Assembly: GCA_934692295.1 (NCBI GenBank)
Contig: CAKUTL010000003.1
Location: 8,031-72,030 of the forward strand
Length of the DNA: 64,000 nucleotides
Direction of reading: 5' to 3'
Origin: an uncultured Candidatus Melainabacteria bacterium
GTDB taxonomy: Bacteria; Cyanobacteriota; Vampirovibrionia; Gastranaerophilales; Gastranaerophilaceae
A program made the translations under genes and the position numbers. Below are positions 36,743 through 44,730 of this stretch, piece after piece (the stretch's first letter is position 1; each line of letters begins with the position of its first letter). Below the pieces are notes generated by a model. It was not told where the DNA came from. It ran no database searches and saw only the letters and a program-made list of their open reading frames with translations.

Positions 36743-37570
36743 ATGAGAAAGCTGGTAATTTTTTTAGGGATAATTAGTGTTATAACTCAACCCGCACTTG
36801 CAATTGATGATGGGGAAGTTCATTTAGGAACAGTGGAACAAACCAAAATTGAATTGCCTAAAGTTGATTACAAGGGAAAAGATTCTTTAGTCATTAGCGA
36901 ACAACAAATTATGGACGAAATTGTCAAACTCCAAAAAGAAAAAGATATGGAAGACATAGACAATTTGTGGAAAGGAACGGTTGAAAATAACCAAGTTATC
37001 GGCTTTGCACTAAAAAAATTAGCAACTCCGGAAAGTCAAAGGAGAATACATTCTTCTCTAATGGCTAAGACCCTTTCTGCAATTGTATCCGGAGCTTCTT
37101 TAGCACCGGCACTTGTCGGAGCAGATTATATGGTTCAATCAGGATCTTATGCAGCAGGAAGAATTGCTCAAAATCTTTTAAATAAAAAAAATATTCCTCA
37201 AGAAGTTCCACTTACAGATACCGAACTTATTGAGTTGGCAGGACTTGTAGAAAATTTGCAAGACAAAATTATTAACGCATACTACAATTACAAAGGGAGT
37301 TTATCACAATTAAAAGAAATCCGTTCAAGAGAACTTTTGTATAGTAGAAATTACGCAAAAGCAATGGATGAAGAAGACTTTTTAGAAATATCAATTTCAT
37401 CCGCTCTATATGACGATATGCAAATTGAAGAAGCTAAATATGTTCAAATGTCAAAAAAATATCACTTAGAACTCCAACGACTTGCAGGGAAAAAAGTTGT
37501 TGAAAATTTGAACTTATACCAATACAACTATGATTCAGCATTGATAGGAGGAAACAAAGATGCTAAATAA
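36743..37570 (+). CDS. secreted coiled-coil protein, paralogue 1
   Basis: 275 aa from ATG 36743. Signal peptide MRKLVIFLGIISVITQPALA. Shares blocks NLWKGT..IGFALKKLA and LVENLQDKIINAYYNYK with the next gene. The track start 36551 overlaps the TPR gene and is rejected. Confidence 0.65.
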   Translation: MRKLVIFLGIISVITQPALAIDDGEVHLGTVEQTKIELPKVDYKGKDSLVISEQQIMDEIVKLQKEKDMEDIDNLWKGTVENNQVIGFALKKLATPESQRRIHSSLMAKTLSAIVSGASLAPALVGADYMVQSGSYAAGRIAQNLLNKKNIPQEVPLTDTELIELAGLVENLQDKIINAYYNYKGSLSQLKEIRSRELLYSRNYAKAMDEEDFLEISISSALYDDMQIEEAKYVQMSKKYHLELQRLAGKKVVENLNLYQYNYDSALIGGNKDAK

Positions 37571-39416
37571 AAAATTCCTATTTTTAACAATTGCACTTTG
37601 CCTATCTGGTGTAAACTTTGCAAATGCAGAAAACTTAACCCTAAAAGATGTTGAATTTCCAAAACCTCCGGCATATAGAGTCGGGCTTTCAGAAGTTCCG
37701 GAAACTCAATTTGTTCAAGCAAAACAAGAAAAACCCCAAATAGAAAAGACATATGCACAAATTGGAGATAACAAAGACTCTGCAATTACCGATATGACTT
37801 ATGCAGATTTGAGCATCAGCAAATTATCTAAAGAAATCGGAAAAGAATTAGAGTATGAAGAAAATGATATGGTTTCTGATTTAACTCTTCTTTGGCAAGG
37901 AGCTGCAACCCAAAGCGATACAATCAACTTTGCATTATACAAATTAGCTAACCCCGATGCAGATAAACCTGACAGCAAATCAATCAAAAAAGTACTATCT
38001 ACTATCGCAAGTATGTCAACCCTAGTAGGAGCAAGTATGGCTAGTCCTGTATTTGCAGGTTCTTCTTTAATCGGTGGGAATATTTTGAACATAATGTCCC
38101 AAGATACAAAGGCTCTTAACTATAAATATACTAGAGTTAATGATGCCGATATGATTATCTTGATTAGAAAGATTGAAGACCTTCAACAAAATGCAGTTAA
38201 TCTTTACTACGATTATATGTCTGCCAAAAAACAACTTGAAATGACCACAAAACTTGTTGAAGAAAGACAAAGAAAATTTGAACTTGCACAAAAAAATAAC
38301 GCCCCGAGAGAGCTTATTGTAATTACCGATGCGTATTACAGAACTGCAATCGACAAACAAAGAACTGCAAAATCAGACTTTTTCTCTAAACGTGCTGCAC
38401 TTGAACAATTTGTAGGAAATGAAACATTTGTACAATTTGAAAAAGAATTAGAAGCTAGAGAAAACGGCGAAACGATTCAACAAAATCAAGAAGAAACAAC
38501 TTCTGATAACCAAGAATATAACGACACAATCAAAAATGTAGAAAATTATACTCAAAATATTCAGTCGGAAACAAAACCATCTTCACTACCATCAGTTGAA
38601 GAAGAAGCACAAAATTCTTACATTGACGAAAAACCTGATCCAAACTTAGACAAAATGCCTGATTTGCAACCTTTAAATATTAAAGAGAACAAAAAATCAG
38701 AGCTTAAACCTACAATTTCAGGAGCTGCACCAATAGATGAATCTTTTGAACTCGAAAAAATAGCTTTTGGCAAGAAAAAAACGGAAATTTTGACAAATGA
38801 TTCCGAAGAAGAAGAAGAAAGTGTTCAACCTTCTAAAAAACATAAAAAAACACCAAAAGTAAAAAAAGAGAAAAAACAAAAAATTAAACCTGAAAAAGTT
38901 AAGAAAACAAAAGAACATAAAGTAAAACCTAAAAAGGAAAAAGAAGTTACAACAACGACGAAAAAGAAAAGTAGCGCAAGAAAATCTACGGTAGAAGAGC
39001 TTGAACCTCAATTTGAGTTCAAAAAACACGATAAATATTCAACTAAAGGCTTTATCTTTTTACACGGGCAAGATAAAGAAACTGCAAAGCGACAATCTCC
39101 ACATTATGCTTTGCCAAATCCTGAAGCTCAACAAGCTCAACTTCAAACCCTATATCCAAATCTAACCCCAAATACTACGACGTCTAAAAAGAAAAACAAA
39201 CGTAATAAACAAGAACAACAAACTCAGGAGCAACCGGTACAAACAACACCAACAACAAATGAGAATGGATTGCTACCGCTTACACCAATCGTTCACCCAT
39301 CACAAGTTCAGGAAAATAACATAAAATATAACCTTCCTCCACTGGATGAAATCAAGGCACCTGCTCTTGACGGGCATGGATACTCAATCCACGACTACGG
39401 AGATATGGCATTTTAA
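37560..39416 (+). CDS. secreted coiled-coil protein, paralogue 2, with a long Lys/Glu/Pro-rich low-complexity tail
   Basis: 618 aa. Signal peptide ending FANA. Blocks LLWQGA..INFALYKLA and IEDLQQNAVNLYYDYM. KKHKKTPKVKKEKKQKIKPEKVKK tail. Start overlaps the upstream stop by 11 nt. Confidence 0.7.
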   Translation: MLNKKFLFLTIALCLSGVNFANAENLTLKDVEFPKPPAYRVGLSEVPETQFVQAKQEKPQIEKTYAQIGDNKDSAITDMTYADLSISKLSKEIGKELEYEENDMVSDLTLLWQGAATQSDTINFALYKLANPDADKPDSKSIKKVLSTIASMSTLVGASMASPVFAGSSLIGGNILNIMSQDTKALNYKYTRVNDADMIILIRKIEDLQQNAVNLYYDYMSAKKQLEMTTKLVEERQRKFELAQKNNAPRELIVITDAYYRTAIDKQRTAKSDFFSKRAALEQFVGNETFVQFEKELEARENGETIQQNQEETTSDNQEYNDTIKNVENYTQNIQSETKPSSLPSVEEEAQNSYIDEKPDPNLDKMPDLQPLNIKENKKSELKPTISGAAPIDESFELEKIAFGKKKTEILTNDSEEEEESVQPSKKHKKTPKVKKEKKQKIKPEKVKKTKEHKVKPKKEKEVTTTTKKKSSARKSTVEELEPQFEFKKHDKYSTKGFIFLHGQDKETAKRQSPHYALPNPEAQQAQLQTLYPNLTPNTTTSKKKNKRNKQEQQTQEQPVQTTPTTNENGLLPLTPIVHPSQVQENNIKYNLPPLDEIKAPALDGHGYSIHDYGDMAF

Positions 39417-39418
39417 TT

Positions 39419-40069
39419 ATGAAACTTATTCCATACGAAATTCGCAACGGCAAAGAAAATATGCAAATCGATAGCGACTTGCTGGATTTTGCAATAAAAA
39501 ATAATCTTCAAGAACCTATTTTCAGATTGTACGCTTGGAGTCCTGCCTGCGTTTCTCTTGGAAGAAACCAAAAAGATGATTTTCTTGACTACGAATTTCT
39601 CAAATCAAAAAATATCGATGTCGTAAGACGTTTAACCGGCGGAAGAGCGTTATTACACGACAACGAAATTACATACAGCTTTATCTGCCCTGAAACTTAT
39701 CTCAAAAATGGAAGCCATATTGTTTCATCTTACAAAGAAATTTCTCAAATCTTGATTGATAAATTTCACAAACTTGGAATTGATTTATCATTCGGAACTT
39801 CCAAACCAATAAAAACAGGCTTTGACTATTGTATGCTTATTTCAACAGGTGCAGACCTTTGCTACAATGGGAAAAAGTTAATTGGTTCGGCACAATGCAG
39901 AAGCCATAGATATATTCTACAGCACGGCTCTATCCTATACGATTACGACAAAAACCTTCTTGAAGAAATATTTAAAGAAAAAGTTTCAACAGAAGAAATA
40001 ATCTCAATAAAAGAAATTAATCCAAAGTTGTCAAAAAAAGAAATAATTGATATACTGAACAAGTGGTAA
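39419..40069 (+). CDS. lipoate-protein ligase / octanoyltransferase family protein (BPL_LplA_LipB domain only)
   Basis: 216 aa. RLYAWSPACVSLGRNQ and RRLTGGRALLHD motifs. Confidence 0.75.
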   Translation: MKLIPYEIRNGKENMQIDSDLLDFAIKNNLQEPIFRLYAWSPACVSLGRNQKDDFLDYEFLKSKNIDVVRRLTGGRALLHDNEITYSFICPETYLKNGSHIVSSYKEISQILIDKFHKLGIDLSFGTSKPIKTGFDYCMLISTGADLCYNGKKLIGSAQCRSHRYILQHGSILYDYDKNLLEEIFKEKVSTEEIISIKEINPKLSKKEIIDILNKW

Positions 40070-40091
40070 ATATTTGGAGTTTTTTGTAAAG

Positions 40092-40847
40092 ATGAGAAAT
40101 AAACGCAAAGGAAATATTACGTTATCTCAAACAGTTTTAATTGTAGGGATTGTTGCACTCTTATTATTTGTAATGATTTTAGTACCGTTTTACAAATCAT
40201 ATCAACAAAAATTAGCCATCGTAAAATATCAAAAAGCATACGCTTTACTCCAACAAGCAAACAGAATGTATTCTCTTGTGAGCGGAGAACCAATGAACAA
40301 ATACAATCCTTCTTTATCTGTTAATGTATTTGCCGAAACATATTTCACTCCATATTTACAAATTTCAGAATACTGTAAGGGAAAACAAGATAGTTGCTGG
40401 AATTCACCACAATACAAAGATTTAAAAAATCGTAAAAAATCAAACATGGCACTATACAGTATAATCCTTGATGATAATACAACCATTGGTTTCCATAAAA
40501 ACAAACAAGGTTTAATGTCAATTATTTTAGATACAAACGGAAAAACAGGTGAAAATACTTTAGGAAAAGATATTTTTGTCTTCTCTTTTTATGACAGCGA
40601 AAACCATCCAAAACTTTGCAATGAAAAACCATCGCAAAACATTCCAAATGGGATACACTTTGGCGGCTATGACAAATGCGGAATTCCGCAAGATACTTTA
40701 GAATATAATGACATAATTTCTAAAAAAGGATTTGACACCTGCAATAAAAACGCTGAAACAAATGAACTCGGACTGGGAGCAGGAACAGGTTGTGGTGCAT
40801 TGTTAAAAATAAACAATTGGTCAATGGACAAAAACTACCCTTGGTAG
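40092..40847 (+). CDS. pilin-like paralogue with degenerate prepilin signal
   Basis: MRNKRKGNITLSQTVLIVGIVALL has an extra residue after Gly and Gln in place of Glu+5. C-terminal LDTNGKTGENTLGKDIFVFSFY paralogue motif. Confidence 0.65.
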   Translation: MRNKRKGNITLSQTVLIVGIVALLLFVMILVPFYKSYQQKLAIVKYQKAYALLQQANRMYSLVSGEPMNKYNPSLSVNVFAETYFTPYLQISEYCKGKQDSCWNSPQYKDLKNRKKSNMALYSIILDDNTTIGFHKNKQGLMSIILDTNGKTGENTLGKDIFVFSFYDSENHPKLCNEKPSQNIPNGIHFGGYDKCGIPQDTLEYNDIISKKGFDTCNKNAETNELGLGAGTGCGALLKINNWSMDKNYPW

Positions 40848-40885
40848 TATCATAGACTTAGCATAGCAATTAAAAGGGATGTAGA

Positions 40886-41887
40886 ATGAGAAATAAAAAT
40901 ATAAAAGCAATGATTATGGCTGCAGGTATGGGTTCAAGATTAGAACCACTTACTCTCTTAATGCCAAAACCATTGATTCCGGTAATGAATATGCCGTTAA
41001 TGGATATTTTACTATCTCAACTTTCAGAACTCGGAGTAAAAGACGTTATTTCTAACACATATTATCTTGCTGACCAAATTATTGACCGATACAAAAAAAA
41101 TAATCTTGGAATAAATTTCAACTACATTAAAGAAACAAAACTATCCGGAACTGCCGGCGGCGTAAAGAAATGCCAACATTTCTTTGATGAAAGAGAAGAT
41201 TTTATAGTTATGTCTGGGGACGTTTTGACAAATGCAGACATAAAAAAAGGTATTGAAATTCACAAAAAATCAAATGCGATTGCAACAATCGGAATAAAAC
41301 AAATCCCACATGAACACGTTTCTCATTTCGGGGTAGTAGTTACAGATGAAAACGGATTTATTACAGAATTTCAAGAAAAACCACCTGTTGATGAGGCTAA
41401 AAGCAACTTTATCAATACAGGAATTTATATTTTTAACTACAAAATTTTTGACTATATTCCGGAAAACACCTTCTACGATTTTGCAAAAAATGTATTTCCT
41501 AAATTGTTAGAAGAAAAAGCAATTAACACATTTGAAGTATCTGAATATTGGAATGATGTAGGAACAATTTCACAATACAAACAATCAATTCAAGACGTAT
41601 TCAATGGCGTTTGTAAAATTAAACACCCACAAATTACAGAAACCAATCTTGGGACATATGTTTCAGGAAAAACCAAAATACCGGAAACAGTAAGATTTGT
41701 CGGAAATAATGTTGTAGGGAATAATTGCAAACTCGGAGAATACATCAAACTTGAAAACTGTATCGTTTTAGATAATGCAGAAATCAAAACAGGTTCAGAG
41801 TTGACGGATTGCATAATCCTTCCATCAGAAAAAACACTTGGGGCAAAGCAAACCAAGCAAGAACTAAAAACTGTAACAGTAAAATAA
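40886..41887 (+). CDS. sugar-1-phosphate nucleotidyltransferase with C-terminal left-handed beta-helix
   Basis: 333 aa. N-terminal MAAGMGSRLEPLTLLMPKPLIPV signature. Confidence 0.8.
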   Translation: MRNKNIKAMIMAAGMGSRLEPLTLLMPKPLIPVMNMPLMDILLSQLSELGVKDVISNTYYLADQIIDRYKKNNLGINFNYIKETKLSGTAGGVKKCQHFFDEREDFIVMSGDVLTNADIKKGIEIHKKSNAIATIGIKQIPHEHVSHFGVVVTDENGFITEFQEKPPVDEAKSNFINTGIYIFNYKIFDYIPENTFYDFAKNVFPKLLEEKAINTFEVSEYWNDVGTISQYKQSIQDVFNGVCKIKHPQITETNLGTYVSGKTKIPETVRFVGNNVVGNNCKLGEYIKLENCIVLDNAEIKTGSELTDCIILPSEKTLGAKQTKQELKTVTVK

Positions 41888-41936
41888 GCTCTTGATTTTT
41901 GAAGGATTTAATGATATTCTGATGAAGAACGAGAGT

Positions 41937-42025
41937 TACCGTGGGCGATGGCATTCTCCAAAAATTGACTAAATATTAAGTTCTATGAGAGGATAGATTG
42001 CTTAGCACCACAAAAAATTGAATAC
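41937..42025 (+). repeat. tRNA-Met leader repeat unit R1 (family B)
   Basis: Starts TACCGTGGGCGATGGCA, resembling the tRNA 5' junction TACCGTGGGACTATGGC at 42134. Confidence 0.75.
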
Positions 42026-42133
42026 TACCGTGAGCTATGGCACTCTGCCGAACAAAAGTTGACTAAATGTCAAGTTTTGTGAGAGGGAAGGTTGCGTAGC
42101 ACCGCAAGTAAACAATTAATCAAAACCGATAAC
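42026..42133 (+). repeat. tRNA-Met leader repeat unit R2 (family B)
   Basis: Starts TACCGTGAGCTATGGCA. Contains hairpin CAAAAGTTGAC-TAAAT-GTCAAGTTTTG bracketed by CTCTGCC...GAGAGGG. Confidence 0.75.
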
Positions 42134-42139
42134 TACCGT

Positions 42140-42214
<75 letters not shown>

Positions 42215-42224
42215 TTTAAAATCA

Positions 42225-42246
42225 AGAGCCGAAAGGCTCTTTTTTA
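42225..42246 (+). terminator. rho-independent terminator after tRNA-Met
   Basis: AGAGCC-GAAA-GGCTCT followed by TTTTT. Confidence 0.8.
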
Positions 42247-42302
42247 GTGGCTTTCTGCGTTCTAGCATATTTTGTCAAAATTCGCAAAAAATTACAAAAT
42301 CG

Positions 42303-42536
42303 CTATAACTCGTTGTCTGCTTGTATTTCAGAAGTTCGAACCTCTTTAGACGTCAGCTTTTTTCGTTCAAAAATAGCGTCAGCCAAGACTTTTCCAATAT
42401 TTTTCGGACAATATTTGTATTTTGCAACTTCACAAAGAAGTTCAAATAATTGTTGGTATAAAGAAGCACATTCTTCTTTTGAATATTCAACATCATCAAA
42501 TTTTATAATTAAGCCAACATCTTTTCTGATTTTCAT
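42303..42536 (-). CDS. small hypothetical protein
   Basis: 77-aa ORF with no clear SD. The overlapping plus-strand ORF looks less protein-like. Confidence 0.3.
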   Translation of the reverse strand: MKIRKDVGLIIKFDDVEYSKEECASLYQQLFELLCEVAKYKYCPKNIGKVLADAIFERKKLTSKEVRTSEIQADNEL

Positions 42537-42777
42537 AAAAAATTTTTAATGAGAAATTTTTCCAAGTCAAAAATTTATATTTCAGAAATTAATTTTTTAA
42601 TCTCAAATAAATTTTTTATAATTTCTAAAATTTCATATTGGCTAAAATTATTTACAAGAATTTTTATTTTGTCTAAAAAGTTCGAGTTTTGACTCTTAAT
42701 GTCCATTTTTTAAATTTTAAAGTAATCTTCCTTTTTGAGGAGGATTATTTTTTATGGGACAGGGGCAAATTACAATT

Positions 42778-43488
42778 CTAATTCCAAGCTTTTGACCAGT
42801 TTGGATATGAATTGTGTAAATAATCCATATTATGATATTTCAAAATCCATTCAGAACAACGATAACCATTCCTACCATTACCGGAATAATGCGTATTATC
42901 ACAAGATGCTGCATCTGCCATTCCTCTAGCCCGAACAACCCCGCTATCTGACACATAAAAGGCAAAAGCATCTCGTCCAACAATATTAGGTCCACTTTGA
43001 CCATTTATATCAATATTTAACGGCCAATTATCGCTATATGCCCAACCGCCATTAGGAAGTCCCAGTGTAAAAGTCATTCCATTATTAAGAACCCCTGACA
43101 TTTGATAACGACCTGCAAATTCTCCGGTTTTCGTTTTACCGTCAAGCGATTTATACTCAATATCTCCCAAACAAGCCGTATGTTCACCCGCCCTACAAGT
43201 TTGAAGAACATTCATATTTGCTTTCAACAATGGAGGCAGAGTATAATTCAAAACATCCATTAAATAATTACTATTACAGTTTGACAGCCCTTCACACTCC
43301 TGCGAAATCTTTGTAAATCCTTGAGAAAAAATTGAAACAGCCTCTAAAACTTGTGATACCGTTTGAATTTCTTTATATTTTTGCACCAATGCAGGAATAG
43401 TAATTGCAGAAATGACCCCAATAATTCCAACTGTTATTAATACTTCTGATAACGTAAAACCAACTTTTTTCATATCTAATATATTCAA
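42778..43488 (-). CDS. prepilin-type N-terminal cleavage/methylation domain protein (pilin-like)
   Basis: MNILDMKKVG followed by FTLSEVLITVGIIGVISA. C-terminal NIDINGQSGPNIVGRDAFAFYV motif. Confidence 0.8.
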   Translation of the reverse strand: MNILDMKKVGFTLSEVLITVGIIGVISAITIPALVQKYKEIQTVSQVLEAVSIFSQGFTKISQECEGLSNCNSNYLMDVLNYTLPPLLKANMNVLQTCRAGEHTACLGDIEYKSLDGKTKTGEFAGRYQMSGVLNNGMTFTLGLPNGGWAYSDNWPLNIDINGQSGPNIVGRDAFAFYVSDSGVVRARGMADAASCDNTHYSGNGRNGYRCSEWILKYHNMDYLHNSYPNWSKAWN

Positions 43489-43545
43489 TTTATAATTAAT
43501 ACCTTAAATTTTCTATATCTTTTTAACTTTCATGATTTATAATCT

Positions 43546-44316
43546 TTATTTTAAAAAACTATCCCAATAATTTTGGTCTTCATTATAAGGATTTATATTT
43601 TTTATTGCATAATAAGCACAAGCAGTTTGGGTTTCAAATGAACCATTAGGATTACAATACTCTTTGCCTGTACGAGAAAAATTATATTGCCAACGGGTAT
43701 CAGTAGTGTTGTTTTCATCTGGTTGCCCCATAGGAATTACTGTTCCTTTTGTTGTAAATATAAATATAAAAAAATCATATCCATACCTGTTTGGACCACC
43801 CAGACCATTGATATCTACACACACAATTGGACCATTTTCATTTGGATAAGGGGAATCATTAAAGATGTACATTCTACCAGAGGAATCTACTTTAAAACCA
43901 CTGTTATCGCAAACATTTGTAGTTATCTTTCCCGCCATTGTACGAATTGTATGTACCTTTTGAATTTCAAATTGGTTTGTTGTAACTTTTCCACTATTCG
44001 TTAAAGATGCCAAATATGTTGGAAAAATTTTATGTACAAAAGTACTCCAATTACCAGATAAAGAGGCAGTATAATTAGAATTTCGATCGGCTCTTTCAGT
44101 AAATTCAGAGATTGTAATTCCATAATCATTGTAAAATCTTTTTGAAATTTGATTTAAATCAGAATAAGTTTTTTTTAGTTGAACCCGAAGTTCGTATGTT
44201 TTAACTTTATGAATAAGTGTTGGAATTGTTATTGCAGCGACAACCCCAATAATTCCAACGGTTATTAATACTTCTGATAACGTAAAACCAAAATTTTTCA
44301 TACTTAATATATTCAA
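43546..44316 (-). CDS. prepilin-type N-terminal cleavage/methylation domain protein (pilin-like)
   Basis: MNILSMKNFG followed by FTLSEVLITVGIIGVVAA. C-terminal VDINGLGGPNRYGYDFFIFIF motif. Confidence 0.8.
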   Translation of the reverse strand: MNILSMKNFGFTLSEVLITVGIIGVVAAITIPTLIHKVKTYELRVQLKKTYSDLNQISKRFYNDYGITISEFTERADRNSNYTASLSGNWSTFVHKIFPTYLASLTNSGKVTTNQFEIQKVHTIRTMAGKITTNVCDNSGFKVDSSGRMYIFNDSPYPNENGPIVCVDINGLGGPNRYGYDFFIFIFTTKGTVIPMGQPDENNTTDTRWQYNFSRTGKEYCNPNGSFETQTACAYYAIKNINPYNEDQNYWDSFLK

Positions 44317-44379
44317 TTATATGTGAATATAATTATAAGTCAATACCCAAATATGTCCATAATATAAGATAATAAAATT

Positions 44380-44607
44380 ATGGATAAAAAAGATATACTA
44401 AAACAAATTGGGAAGAATATCCAAAGAATTCGCCAAGAAAAAGGCTATACTCAAGAAACATTTTCCGAACTCATGGGCTGTTCATGGAGTTACGTTGCAA
44501 AAATGGAATCTGGTATTTTGAATTTATCCATCGGTAAAATAACCGAAATCGCAAATTATCTGAATGTAGATATTAATTTAATTTTAGAAATAAAAAATAA
44601 ATCCTAA
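44380..44607 (+). CDS. XRE-family helix-turn-helix regulator
   Basis: 75 aa. IGKNIQRIRQEKGYTQETFSELMGCSWSYVAKMESG is an HTH_3. Divergent from the pilin-like gene pair. Confidence 0.75.
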   Translation: MDKKDILKQIGKNIQRIRQEKGYTQETFSELMGCSWSYVAKMESGILNLSIGKITEIANYLNVDINLILEIKNKS

Positions 44608-44625
44608 TAATTCAACTTTGAATTT
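44605..44625 (+). repeat. direct repeat DR-L flanking the toxin gene
   Basis: TAATAATTCAACTTTGAATTT. The first 16 nt are identical to 49071-49086. It begins with the XRE stop codon. Confidence 0.85.
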
Positions 44626-44668
44626 ATACTCCATTATTTTACAAATTGTAACTATTTTTGAATATTGC

Positions 44669-44696
44669 TAAAGGAAACCTGAAAACCTGCCGATAA
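44669..44696 (+). promoter_or_regulatory. sigma-28 (FliA)-like promoter
   Basis: TAAA (44669-44672), 16 nt, GCCGATAA (44689-44696), compared with the textbook TAAA-N15-GCCGATAA. Lies 35 nt before ATG 44731. AGGAG SD at 44717-44721. Confidence 0.5.
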
Positions 44697-44730
44697 GTAT
44701 ATAGAAAGTATCAAGCAGGAGTAGTCTGCC

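Noticed and set aside
38800-38990. A-rich low-complexity DNA that could be a simple-sequence repeat
   Set aside because: It stays in frame within the 618-aa ORF and encodes the Lys/Glu/Pro-rich tail, with no exact tandem unit.
41937-42139. Possible CRISPR array or other short-repeat array upstream of tRNA-Met
   Set aside because: There are only two long (89-108 bp) degenerate units and no short direct repeats alternating with unique spacers. No cas genes are in the window.
44605-44632. Reading the cassette repeat as a dif-like Xer site
   Set aside because: The only internal symmetry is AATTCAA-CT-TTGAATT, which is 7-bp arms with a 2-nt spacer. This does not fit the 11-6-11 organisation of dif or pdif sites, and the right copy breaks the symmetry.
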